DNA from: a virus
Taxonomy: Duplodnaviria > Caudoviricetes
IMG/VR virus record: IMGVR_UViG_3300011008_000999
Direction: 5' to 3' (one strand)
Length of the DNA: 64,000 nt
In this document: positions 10,559 through 20,411 of the stretch, in pieces
How the letters are laid out: each line of letters begins with the position of its first letter
How positions within the stretch are numbered: position 1 is the first letter of the stretch
Translations under genes and position numbers: made by a program
The notes under the pieces: model-generated
What the model was told of the DNA's origin: nothing
Seen by the model: only the letters and a program-made list of their open reading frames with translations
The model's database searches: none

Positions 10559-11671
10559 CTATTGAGTCTCACGACTAATATATTCGAGTATCTCTGTTGA
10601 CATTTTAAGACCATCAACAAGTCTATTAAATTTATCTTCTTCGACAAGAACATAATTCTTTCTGTCGATTGAGATCTTAACTAAATCAATCTGTGCAGGA
10701 ACTATTTCATTAAAGAGGGGAATAATAGTCTTTGCTGATTCACTAAGATTTACTCCAGAATGATTATTCTTGTCACTTTCGGATGACATATTAAGTACTT
10801 TATTATCATCTGTTTTGGTATTCTTTGGTGACATTCTGGGAACTTCTGGAGTATCATCAATTACAGCATTTTCATTAATACTACTAAGCTGAATAATATA
10901 GTTTTCTACTTTATTATTAAGACGCTTTCCGTTAGACAAACAGTATGATACATAAGTGGGACCCATTCCACATTCAATAGAAATATCTTTAGAAGTCTTT
11001 CCTGTTTTCTTAATTAGATCTTTCATCTTAGCTTTATAATCAGCATCGCTAAGAATATTTTTATCTTCAGTCTCTGGAACAGTTATAACAGGTACAGAAT
11101 CGATCTTCTTTACTACCACTGGTCTTACATCATTAAGTACTTTCATAAGTTCATTATAAAATGACTCATGCATTCTACCAGTCTGCATACAAGAATTGAT
11201 ATAACCTGCACTCTTACCATGGTTAATACAAAACTCTGCTCTCTTAATATTAGACGCCTTTAACTTAGCCTGAAGTTCTACCTTATCAAATTCAACTATA
11301 CCAATAACTTCTCTTTTTCTTCCTGATTTTGTTTTAGGTTGATTTTCTTCATTATATTTAGGAACATTGATTTTTGTAGCAGTCAGAACATGCTCAACAT
11401 CCTGTGTGTTATTTTCATGATTCTGCGCAAATACATATTTACCATCAGTAGAGAATGTAGGATATAATACTCTAAAGAAATCACATAACATGATATATGT
11501 AGCCTTAGGCATTTTCTTCTCTGCTAAACACTTATCAATAAAACCTTCTTCTTTAAAGACAACTTTAGACTCAATATAATTATTATTAAGTCCAGCTGCA
11601 ATTATAGTCGCCTTAATTACATTTACATCAAGATTTACTAAATACTCACATTTTTCTTTTCCCATAATCAA
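10559..11671 (-). CDS. Multi-HTH repeat protein
   Basis: Three repeats related to those in 9771..10541. Confidence 0.55.
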   Translation of the reverse strand: MIMGKEKCEYLVNLDVNVIKATIIAAGLNNNYIESKVVFKEEGFIDKCLAEKKMPKATYIMLCDFFRVLYPTFSTDGKYVFAQNHENNTQDVEHVLTATKINVPKYNEENQPKTKSGRKREVIGIVEFDKVELQAKLKASNIKRAEFCINHGKSAGYINSCMQTGRMHESFYNELMKVLNDVRPVVVKKIDSVPVITVPETEDKNILSDADYKAKMKDLIKKTGKTSKDISIECGMGPTYVSYCLSNGKRLNNKVENYIIQLSSINENAVIDDTPEVPRMSPKNTKTDDNKVLNMSSESDKNNHSGVNLSESAKTIIPLFNEIVPAQIDLVKISIDRKNYVLVEEDKFNRLVDGLKMSTEILEYISRETQ

Positions 11672-11722
11672 TGTCCTTTTATAAAAATAAATATAAACGC
11701 TACAATAAACAGAGGCTAAGTC

Positions 11723-13210
11723 TTATGACTTAGTCTCTGCATAAAACATTTTTCTAAGAGTTACTGCATCTCTAGGAAGTAAGTCTCTCTTTTCAGCAGT
11801 ATTCTCATTATAGAGCTTCTTACAAAATTCATAGAACTTAAGCGCAAGCTCATCTTCAATAAGGTCTTCTCTCTTGTACTTTCCATACTTAAGAGTTCCC
11901 TGCGCAATAGATCTCATAAACTTCCAGAATTTATAGAATGCAAGCTTAACCTTAACCATATAACCATCAGCAGCTTCTACTACAAATCCTTCGATCTGAC
12001 GACCTTCGTATAAGTAATCATTTGCAGTAACAGTTTTGTACCAATCTACAAATTCTTCGTAAGTATCAATTACACACGCCTTAGTCTTATACTTAAGACC
12101 AAGATCCTTTGCTATATCTACAAGCTGCTCATAAGGAAGCTGTTCAAAGTCCATCTTATTCTTAATAATTGCTATCAAGAAAAGCTGATTTTCAGCATAA
12201 TCAATAATGTGAGGATCATTCTTCATATCTACATTTTCAAAGACAAAAGTAACATTCTCATTTTTAGAGAAGTTTTTCATCTTTTCAATGTTTTCAGAAG
12301 TCATATTTCTCTCAATTGCTTCTCTTAACCATACTGAGAAATCACCTTCAGGTGAAGACTTAGTAGTAACAAAAAGATCATCAGTCTCTTCATTATATGA
12401 AGCAAGACCAAGATAACCATTTTCCTTTACATAGCAAGTTACAGGAAACTTCATAGTCTTAAGGTTACCAAGCTGAGTAGATTCCATTTCACCGATATTA
12501 AAGAACTTATTAAAACCACGCGCAACGATCTTACCTAACTTAGTGTTAATGTAAAGACCTCTTGCAACTATAGTCTGATTATCCCATACACCAGAATAGA
12601 AAGCTTCTCTAGTAAAGTTAAATGATGAGATATTTCCATAAGACTTTTCAGCCACACAAGGATTAGATCTCATATTGTCAATAACTTCATCTATATCATC
12701 AAGCTTTACTTCTGATTTAACAGTAGAAATCTTATCAAATTCTTCAGGCTTAATAACCTTTACATATGAAGGAACTTCACACTGTTCAAAGTTATGATAC
12801 ATTCTATCAATAACTTCTTCAGGAACACGTCTAAATGCTTCACGAGATGCATTTCTTCTCTTGCACTCTTCAATAGGAAGATCAGTGAAATCAATCACAA
12901 ATGCATGATAATTGTATCTCTCAACAAGTGACTTATAAGAGTTAATTTCTCTAGTAGTTGAGTGAGTTGCGTCTATAATAGTATAAAGACCAAATGACAT
13001 ACGAAGTTCAAGTAACTGATTAAGATACTTGAATACCTTGCCATTATATTCCTGAGAAATTTCAGATACTTCAGTAGAACCTGAATAAGAGTACATAAAC
13101 TGAAGTCTAAGATCATCAGTTGAAATGGTATAAGGTTCTAACTTGTTGTTCTTTATGAAAGTTGATTTTCCGCAACCAGGTGCACCACGAAGAATTATTA
13201 ATGATCTCAT
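11723..13210 (-). CDS. Polynucleotide kinase (AAA_33) fused to Rnl1-like RNA ligase
   Basis: GAPGCGKST Walker A; KFFNIGE, KENG, EGFVV, KVK ligase motifs. Confidence 0.85.
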   Translation of the reverse strand: MRSLIILRGAPGCGKSTFIKNNKLEPYTISTDDLRLQFMYSYSGSTEVSEISQEYNGKVFKYLNQLLELRMSFGLYTIIDATHSTTREINSYKSLVERYNYHAFVIDFTDLPIEECKRRNASREAFRRVPEEVIDRMYHNFEQCEVPSYVKVIKPEEFDKISTVKSEVKLDDIDEVIDNMRSNPCVAEKSYGNISSFNFTREAFYSGVWDNQTIVARGLYINTKLGKIVARGFNKFFNIGEMESTQLGNLKTMKFPVTCYVKENGYLGLASYNEETDDLFVTTKSSPEGDFSVWLREAIERNMTSENIEKMKNFSKNENVTFVFENVDMKNDPHIIDYAENQLFLIAIIKNKMDFEQLPYEQLVDIAKDLGLKYKTKACVIDTYEEFVDWYKTVTANDYLYEGRQIEGFVVEAADGYMVKVKLAFYKFWKFMRSIAQGTLKYGKYKREDLIEDELALKFYEFCKKLYNENTAEKRDLLPRDAVTLRKMFYAETKS

Positions 13211-13276
13211 AATTAAGTATCTCCTTAAATATTATGAGTTTATTATAACATGATTAGTTTTATTTGTAAATAGTTT

Positions 13277-14002
13277 TTAGATACGTTCATATCTAGGCAT
13301 AAGACTTACTTTATGAAGATTAAGTCTATGTCTACGTTCAATATTCTCTTTCTTCTTAGGATCATCGATCTCACCAGTCTCAATATAATGATCAAGTTCT
13401 GCATAAGTGAAACCGAGATTATCTTCATCAGTCTTACCACAAAGACCATCAGAAGGTGTCTTATGTACAAGATCTTTCGGAAGTCCAAGAGCATCACCAA
13501 TCTTAAGCATATCCGTTACAGTGAACTCACAGCAAGGACTGAAATCACCTATGCTATCACCAAACTTTGTAGAATAACCTACATAATCTTCAGAGCAGTT
13601 GCAAGTATTACATACTCTACCACCATTAGGAAGAGACTGTGCAATTGCATAAAGTGCAGTCATTCTAAGTCGCGGAGCAATATTGATTTTAGTATCTTCA
13701 GATGGATTATCAAGCTGTCCCATAAGACCATTAAATGCATCTGCAATATTTACTGTATAACTCTTAATACCTAACAGATCAATAACTCTCTGACTATCTG
13801 AAATATCTTTCTGTTCTCCATTAGGCATCATAACACCAACTACTCGATCTTTACCGAGAGCATCTACAAGAAGTTTGGCAATTATGGTAGAATCTTTACC
13901 ACCGGAAATACCGATTACCGCACTTGCCTGCGGACCATTTGTCTTAAACCATTCTTTAATCCAGCTTTTAATTCCTTCAATTTCAAAATTTACATCAAAC
14001 AT
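13277..14002 (-). CDS. nadE: NH3-dependent NAD+ synthetase
   Basis: GISGGKDS, NIAPRLRM, GYSTKFGD, PSDGL. Confidence 0.95.
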   Translation of the reverse strand: MFDVNFEIEGIKSWIKEWFKTNGPQASAVIGISGGKDSTIIAKLLVDALGKDRVVGVMMPNGEQKDISDSQRVIDLLGIKSYTVNIADAFNGLMGQLDNPSEDTKINIAPRLRMTALYAIAQSLPNGGRVCNTCNCSEDYVGYSTKFGDSIGDFSPCCEFTVTDMLKIGDALGLPKDLVHKTPSDGLCGKTDEDNLGFTYAELDHYIETGEIDDPKKKENIERRHRLNLHKVSLMPRYERI

Positions 14003-14004
14003 AT

Positions 14005-14418
14005 TTAAGCCTCCTTAAAATGATGCTTTAGAATATCACATACTTGTTTTGATTGTTTATACCAAATATGGTTTTTACCATATCTAGATTCTATTTCATT
14101 TAATCTTTCTGCTATAGTGACTTCTTCGCCTGTAGGACTTGTAGTCATATCAGCAAGATTTATAATCAGCCATTCCATATCTACACTAGTTGGAATAGTT
14201 CCATGAGACCTAATGTAGTCAGCATGTCCCCAACCTTTTAATAGGTCAGCTCCAATTTCTTCATGCCATTCAGGATCAAATTCATAACCGATATCATGAT
14301 TCCATCCTAAAGCAAACATTTCTCGTGCATACTGCTCATCATAACCAAGGTCTATAGTTATTTTATATGCTTTACGCGCAACTCCTAAGATATGATGCAG
14401 TCTATTTTCTGTTATCAT
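14005..14418 (-). CDS. HD-domain phosphohydrolase (YqeK-like)
   Basis: RLHHILGVA...HDIG...H...LAD. Confidence 0.7.
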   Translation of the reverse strand: MITENRLHHILGVARKAYKITIDLGYDEQYAREMFALGWNHDIGYEFDPEWHEEIGADLLKGWGHADYIRSHGTIPTSVDMEWLIINLADMTTSPTGEEVTIAERLNEIESRYGKNHIWYKQSKQVCDILKHHFKEA

Positions 14419-14921
14419 AGTTTCTTACCTTTTAGATATTTGTAAAAATCTGCATCAATATACTTCTTATACTTATTAGGATCTTTACGTATCTTTGTAC
14501 CAGAAATATTGATCTTACTTCTATCTGCAATTATAAAATAGTGATATGGATATAACTCACTTAATTTACTTGCATAATGTTCTTCACCAGTATACCAACA
14601 ACAAGTATTTTCATTTGGATTTATATTTGCGTTAGTAAAAAGTTCTTTACACCAAGCTCTCCAAGCAGGAATATCAAACTTACCGGAAAGACCAATTTTC
14701 TTATCGTCAATAGGAACCACTATAATGTTAGGATTATCTTTATATTTAGTTTTCATTAACTCTATACGAGTTCTAAATGGAAGGAAGTCTTTTCCTCTAT
14801 CATCATCAAAGCCGCAAACGCCAATAATAACAGTACTATTTTCCTTAATAGCTCTATTTATTAGAGATAAGTGACCTTGATGAAGAGGAATAAAACAACC
14901 AAATACTATGCCTATTTGCAT
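14415..14921 (-). CDS. NadR/NadM-like (Na)MN adenylyltransferase
   Basis: GCFIPLHQGH (HxGH), ISGTKIR; NAD gene context. Confidence 0.75.
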   Translation of the reverse strand: MQIGIVFGCFIPLHQGHLSLINRAIKENSTVIIGVCGFDDDRGKDFLPFRTRIELMKTKYKDNPNIIVVPIDDKKIGLSGKFDIPAWRAWCKELFTNANINPNENTCCWYTGEEHYASKLSELYPYHYFIIADRSKINISGTKIRKDPNKYKKYIDADFYKYLKGKKL

Positions 14922-14929
14922 GTTACTCC

Positions 14930-15436
14930 TTAAACAATATCGACCTGGAAAGTCTTCATTGCTTCAATAGCGGTTTTATGAGTATCAGGAGTTACACAAG
15001 CACAAAGTCTCTCGATTACCTTAACAGTAGTTTCAGGACAAAATGCTTTAGCAAGTGCAACATTACTGATTACACAGATTCCTGTACATACGCCGCAAAA
15101 CTCAACATAGTCAAAACCATTGTTCTTGATATAGTTAGCAAGATCTACACTACCGAAAGTAGGCTTATTGAATATATTTGCTTTTGCAGGAACGTTGATT
15201 CCATCAACGATCTGCCATCCTTCAGTACTTTCAATACAGTGAACAACCGGAAGCTTGCTACCTTCCTGAGTCTCCATATAGTTAGGCTGGTGAGTATCTC
15301 TTGTAAAAACTACTTCTCCATCAAAAGTCTTTACATAGTCATTGATATCACCGACGATCTTCTGTGCTTCTGTATTTGCAAGAGTTCCAGTAACGAAGTC
15401 ATTCTGCATATCTACAACAACTAAAAGTTTCTTCAT
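14930..15436 (-). CDS. pncA: Nicotinamidase (isochorismatase family)
   Basis: VVDMQNDF, DTH, HC, K-TFGS, GVCTGICV. Confidence 0.85.
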   Translation of the reverse strand: MKKLLVVVDMQNDFVTGTLANTEAQKIVGDINDYVKTFDGEVVFTRDTHQPNYMETQEGSKLPVVHCIESTEGWQIVDGINVPAKANIFNKPTFGSVDLANYIKNNGFDYVEFCGVCTGICVISNVALAKAFCPETTVKVIERLCACVTPDTHKTAIEAMKTFQVDIV

Positions 15437-15505
15437 AAGATTTCTCCTTTATAAATTGATTTATTTTATTATAACATGAAAATTTTATGTTGTAAATAGT
15501 TTTTG

Positions 15506-15973
15506 TTATGCATTGTGCTCATCTATAAACTTTGCTGTATTGATAAAGATCTGTTTTAACTGATCATCAATCTGATAACGTTCAGCATTCTTAGTAATAG
15601 ACGTAAGAAGGTTACCATTATTTTGACGTTCTGACGAAGCCTTCCAATCTGCAAACATTTCTATAGTATCAATTAAATTCATATCATTGATACCTTTAGT
15701 AAAATGCTCAGGATGATGTCTATTCTTTGCATAATGTGACGGAAGAGCAGTAACTTTTAATTCTGCAAGTGATGCATTATATTCATCTGATCCATAAGTA
15801 AGACCACTAAGCTTATCATTAACTCTAGCAAACTCTTCTGCTTCAGGACTCTCAAGCTTACTTCTATCATGATCTATACCACGTTGAGTAAGTGCATCTG
15901 TAAATATCTTAATATACTTACGTACATTTTCGATATGTTTAATAGTGTCTAATTTGCTTTCAGCAAGTTTCAT
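15506..15973 (-). CDS. DUF5662-like HD-related protein
   Basis: HDRSKL, HYAKNRHHPEHF, EMFADW. Confidence 0.6.
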   Translation of the reverse strand: MKLAESKLDTIKHIENVRKYIKIFTDALTQRGIDHDRSKLESPEAEEFARVNDKLSGLTYGSDEYNASLAELKVTALPSHYAKNRHHPEHFTKGINDMNLIDTIEMFADWKASSERQNNGNLLTSITKNAERYQIDDQLKQIFINTAKFIDEHNA

Positions 15974-15993
15974 ATACTTTATCGTCCTTTCTA

Positions 15994-16305
15994 TTATTCC
16001 CAGCTATGTGAAATACCTGTTACTAATTCATCAAGTTCTGCGAAAAATTTTTCATGTGAATCTTCCCATTTATTTTCAAGCTGTTCTGAATATGTAGCAA
16101 CTTCACCACCACATTCATATTCTACATAAATATATACTTCACCACTGGTTTTTACTGCTACCCAGCCATAATAAAGATTTGAAAATCTAATACGCTTCTC
16201 AAAACAATTTCGAAGTTGACCTGTTACACTAGATCTTGTATATTTAAAACCATGCTCAGTAAGTATATTTTTTGATTGACTTAAATCTTCACTTAATATA
16301 CCCAT
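15994..16305 (-). CDS. Hypothetical protein
   Basis: ORF in operon. Confidence 0.6.
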   Translation of the reverse strand: MGILSEDLSQSKNILTEHGFKYTRSSVTGQLRNCFEKRIRFSNLYYGWVAVKTSGEVYIYVEYECGGEVATYSEQLENKWEDSHEKFFAELDELVTGISHSWE

Positions 16306-16481
16306 TAGTTTTCTTCCTCCTTTTTCATAATTTTACCACAAAATGGGCATTTATTTGGTCTTATTTCAGTTCCATGAGAATTTATAGGTGCATCCATTTT
16401 ACATGAGGCACATCTGTATCTATAAAACTCATTATCTCCAAAATTTTTACAGTACTCTTCCCAATAACTAGTATTTTCCAT
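16305..16481 (-). CDS. Small zinc-ribbon protein (below ORF-track cutoff)
   Basis: MENTSYWEEY...CASC...CPFCG with RBS. Confidence 0.55.
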   Translation of the reverse strand: MENTSYWEEYCKNFGDNEFYRYRCASCKMDAPINSHGTEIRPNKCPFCGKIMKKEEEN

Positions 16482-16557
16482 AATATCTCCTATTTATGTT
16501 TAGCATAAAATTCCTTAAATCGTTCAAAAGTACTATCCATACACATTAAGAACTTAA

Positions 16558-16764
16558 CTATATCTGGATCTGTCTTAACATGTGTAGCTCTAAAATGCAA
16601 ATATCAGGTTTACTATGTTCCCAAATACTTACTTCAAGTTCAAGTGGACCATCAATATAACCTGTACTACCTGTACCGTACGAATCAATTTCTACATCAT
16701 CAGGTAGATTTTTTAGAATTTCTTTTAACGCACCAACTGTAGTAATTGGATATATTGTTGTCAT
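16558..16764 (-). CDS. Hypothetical protein
   Basis: TVGALKEILKNLPDD, a common small phage protein start. Confidence 0.55.
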   Translation of the reverse strand: MTTIYPITTVGALKEILKNLPDDVEIDSYGTGSTGYIDGPLELEVSIWEHSKPDICILELHMLRQIQI

Positions 16765-16776
16765 TAAATCACCTTC

Positions 16777-18009
16777 TTAATAAATAACTACAACTGTTCC
16801 AACTTCAACTGCATCATATAATTCATAAGAAAAATCAAGTGGAAGGTTAATACATCCATGAGAACCATTTGTGATATAAGTCTCAGGATTTTCAAAATCT
16901 GATGCAGGTCTCCAAGTAGCGTCATGAAGTCCATGTCCGCGTTCAGTAAATCTCATCCAGTTCTTTCCAGAAAGACCACCATCAAATGCAATTCCATGAA
17001 ACATACTAGAAATCTGATATACGCCTATAGGTGTATCAGTTATATCAAGTTTTCCAGTAACTACTTTAGATTTAAGTTTAAGCTCTCCATCTACATAATA
17101 CCAAAGATACTGATCTTTAATAGATATCTCAATAAATGTATTAGGAATTTCAAACATATAAGGATGTGTGAACCTATACTCTTTGAATTCCTCTCTATTT
17201 ACAAATTCAGATTCATTATCTGCAAGAAGAATAGGTACTCTATTTGTTTCAGACTCAAGTGAGCAAATCTTATCTTTGATATAAAGATATTCTTTCTGAA
17301 AATCTACTCTATTTCCATAAGTACTTATACAATAGCAATCTTCAGCTGACTTTATATATATAAGACCATTAACTGGAGAGTTAAATTCCCAAGTATTATA
17401 ATAAGTATTGTACTTATCAGCCTTTTCTTTTACAAGTTCGATTACGTGATTATTAAACTCTTCAGAATCAAAATGAGTAGTAATAGTATTTGAACTTACA
17501 GTAACAAAATCTTTAAGATCATAAATATTGATATACTCGTTATTTGTATACTGAATTGTAAAGTTAATATAACGACTAAGAATACCAACAAGTCTATCAT
17601 ATTCCATAGAAGGTCCGTTATCAGACATAACAAAGTCTTTAACATCAATAGTAGACTTAGGCGCAGATTCTTTAATCTTATCATATAACTTATCTATATC
17701 AATAAGATTAGTTTCTACATACTCAGTTACTCTTAATCCTTTCTCATCCCAGACAAGAGTAGGATATGTATTATCATGTCTACCAGCATTTAGTGATTTT
17801 AGATATTCCTTAGTGACAGTATTCTTATCAATCTCAAGTATATTATTGTTACTAACTACAGATACGGTATTACAAATAGGTTCAGCAATAATTTCTTCTA
17901 TTTGACTGGCTTCTACATTCTTAGAACAAGCTGCTATAGTACAAACTCCAGTAATTGTTACAATTGCAAGTATAATAGGAAATGCAAGTTTAGTTAAATG
18001 TCTCATCAT
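16777..18009 (-). CDS. L,D-transpeptidase (YkuD domain), membrane anchored
   Basis: GLHDATWR...GSHGCINLP catalytic motif. Confidence 0.9.
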   Translation of the reverse strand: MMRHLTKLAFPIILAIVTITGVCTIAACSKNVEASQIEEIIAEPICNTVSVVSNNNILEIDKNTVTKEYLKSLNAGRHDNTYPTLVWDEKGLRVTEYVETNLIDIDKLYDKIKESAPKSTIDVKDFVMSDNGPSMEYDRLVGILSRYINFTIQYTNNEYINIYDLKDFVTVSSNTITTHFDSEEFNNHVIELVKEKADKYNTYYNTWEFNSPVNGLIYIKSAEDCYCISTYGNRVDFQKEYLYIKDKICSLESETNRVPILLADNESEFVNREEFKEYRFTHPYMFEIPNTFIEISIKDQYLWYYVDGELKLKSKVVTGKLDITDTPIGVYQISSMFHGIAFDGGLSGKNWMRFTERGHGLHDATWRPASDFENPETYITNGSHGCINLPLDFSYELYDAVEVGTVVVIY

Positions 18010-18091
18010 ATCTCCCTTAAGAATTAAATTCTCTTTTGATTTATATTTACGAATTTATTATAATATGCAAATGTTACCATGTAAATAGTTT

Positions 18092-18310
18092 TTATGCTCT
18101 AGCATTCCAACGTTTTAAAGCTTCACTAGTTACATATTCTCTAGCAGTTTTAAGTGTTTCTAAATCTATATCTTTAAGTACTTTAGAATTTATTGGACCT
18201 CTAGCATGACAGCTATTACATCTACCACTAGCTTTCATAGTATAGCAAGACTTAGTAACTTGAATTTTTACTTTATTACTTCCACAGAATGGACATGCTA
18301 ACTGATTCAT
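18092..18310 (-). CDS. Lar-like zinc-finger protein
   Basis: CPFCG...CNSCHARGP...WNAR. Confidence 0.65.
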   Translation of the reverse strand: MNQLACPFCGSNKVKIQVTKSCYTMKASGRCNSCHARGPINSKVLKDIDLETLKTAREYVTSEALKRWNARA

Positions 18311-18388
18311 TTATTTTTCTCCTTTTCCTAATTAAAATGGGCACCGAATACTCGGCACCCATTATGTAACTTTATGTTGATGAGTTAC

Positions 18389-19606
18389 TTACTTTTCATT
18401 AGCCATTCTCCAATCAATGGCTCTCTGAAGATACTCAACATACTCAGGATTCTTACACATTCCTTTACCAGGAGTATCAGAAATCTTTGCAACATCCTGT
18501 CCATTACAGAATGTAGTCTTCATTACAATGTTGAGTGCAGGTACATCAGTGTCATTTGCAAGGTAAGTACCAATACCAAATGCGACCTTTGCCTTTTCTC
18601 TAAAGTATCTGCAGATCTTATCAGCTCTCTCAAAGTTAAGACTATCAGAGAAGAGAAGAGTCTTTGTTTTAGGATCGATACCAAGCTTCTTGTAATGAGC
18701 AATCATCTTCTCACCCCATTCGATAGGATCACCAGAGTCATGACGAACACCACTGAACAGAGTAGCATAAGTAAGATCAAAGTCTTTAAGGAAGCAATCA
18801 GTTGTAATTGCATCTGTAAGAGCAGTTCCGTTAAGGATTCCATACTCATTTACCCATGCTCTAAGTGCATAATAGTTAGAGTATGCCGGATTGTGCTTAT
18901 GATCTCCCTGACCTACACACATGATCCACTCGTGTGCCATAGTACCGACCGGAATAACTCCAAATTTCTTTGCGAGATATACATTAGAAGTACCGATAAA
19001 TCTGCTTGCGCTATGCATCGTATCATTGAGATGACTGAACTTCTGAATTGCAAGTTCCTGCGCTTCTGCAGAAAGTCTACGTCTAAGACCAAATTCAGAG
19101 AATGTGCCAAGGTAATACTTACCATGCTTAACATCCTCGAACTTAGCATCGAGACGTTTCTTAAAGCTATCTATAAGCTCATTGTAATTGTACTGCATTC
19201 TGAAGTAAACTTCATTTACGATTGCCAATGTAGGGATCTCATACATAGAAGTATTTACCCAAGTTCCTTTAGTCTCAATAGAAAGACCGCACTCTGCATT
19301 AGTAGTGATCTCAAAATCTTCGAATCGAGGCTGCCAGATTCTAAGGAAATTGATATAGCTGCCCTTGAACCATTTGATCTGATCGAGATACTGAAGTTCA
19401 TCTTCAATGAATCTCAGCTGACAGTATGCCTTGATCTGTTCCTTGATCTCTTCTACCATCTCAGGAGTAAAATGAACATCTTTATTACGACACTTGAATG
19501 TCCAAGTAGTCATGTATTCAGGGAACTGATGATAAATTGCCTGACCCATAGAAAACTTATAAAGGTCAGTTTCCAAAAGACTGTTAATAATCTGATTGAG
19601 TTTCAT
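18389..19606 (-). CDS. pncB: Nicotinate phosphoribosyltransferase
   Basis: TDLYKFSM, EFGLRRR, GTMAHEW, GVRHDSGDP, AKISDTPGK. Confidence 0.95.
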   Translation of the reverse strand: MKLNQIINSLLETDLYKFSMGQAIYHQFPEYMTTWTFKCRNKDVHFTPEMVEEIKEQIKAYCQLRFIEDELQYLDQIKWFKGSYINFLRIWQPRFEDFEITTNAECGLSIETKGTWVNTSMYEIPTLAIVNEVYFRMQYNYNELIDSFKKRLDAKFEDVKHGKYYLGTFSEFGLRRRLSAEAQELAIQKFSHLNDTMHSASRFIGTSNVYLAKKFGVIPVGTMAHEWIMCVGQGDHKHNPAYSNYYALRAWVNEYGILNGTALTDAITTDCFLKDFDLTYATLFSGVRHDSGDPIEWGEKMIAHYKKLGIDPKTKTLLFSDSLNFERADKICRYFREKAKVAFGIGTYLANDTDVPALNIVMKTTFCNGQDVAKISDTPGKGMCKNPEYVEYLQRAIDWRMANEK

Positions 19607-19836
19607 GTTTGTAACTTCCTTTCTTATTTATTCTGTTCATTCATGAACTTTTCTGCAGCTTCTTTAGTATCAAATGATCGTTCACTGGGACCAAGTAGAC
19701 TAGTAGCATCTCCATATACTACCCAGTATTTATTACCTTCTTTATACATATATGCCTTCATATAAGTACCTCCATTTAATTTATAAATAAATTATAACAT
19801 GAAGACAACAAAAAGTAAATAGTTTTAGTAATTATT

Positions 19837-20286
19837 TTATGTAGTTAATTCTTTTTCGCGTTCTTTAATACTATCATGAAGATACTTCCAAGTAATTGTA
19901 AGATTTCTGTCTCCAGCTCTCTTAAAGAACTTGTATAAAGTAGGAAGATTAGTTTTTTCCTTTTCTCCAATCTCAGTACCTTTTATCTTTTCAGCAATTA
20001 TAGCACAATCTTTGCTTTCAAGAGTATAAGTCTTATTAGAAGTTAAGAACTCTACTATAGAAAGATCATAGTCAAAAAGAGCTAAATTGTTGTTAACTGC
20101 TTCCATAACATTATGCATAGCATCAGTCATAGAAACTACATTAAAATCATCAATCTTATCTATGTAGTTATTATATGATTCAAAGAACTCATCTCCATAT
20201 TTAGATGCGATCACTTTCCTGAGTTCGTTAAATTCTTCATCTGAATAATTATGTCCATTTCCTTTTGAATTATATAATGTAATCAT
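19837..20286 (-). CDS. Hypothetical protein
   Basis: ORF with class I promoter. Confidence 0.6.
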   Translation of the reverse strand: MITLYNSKGNGHNYSDEEFNELRKVIASKYGDEFFESYNNYIDKIDDFNVVSMTDAMHNVMEAVNNNLALFDYDLSIVEFLTSNKTYTLESKDCAIIAEKIKGTEIGEKEKTNLPTLYKFFKRAGDRNLTITWKYLHDSIKEREKELTT

Positions 20287-20411
20287 GATAATTTTACCCC
20301 CTCTATTGTAATAGTTAACTTTAAATAATTATAATATTATCATTTAAGTATGTAAATAGTTTTTACAAACAAAAGGAGACTAGTTTTTTCAACTAATCTC
20401 CTTATTGAATT

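Noticed and set aside
18374-19765. 463-aa plus-strand ORF
   Set aside because: Antisense shadow of pncB caused by codon bias; the same applies to the other plus-strand ORFs
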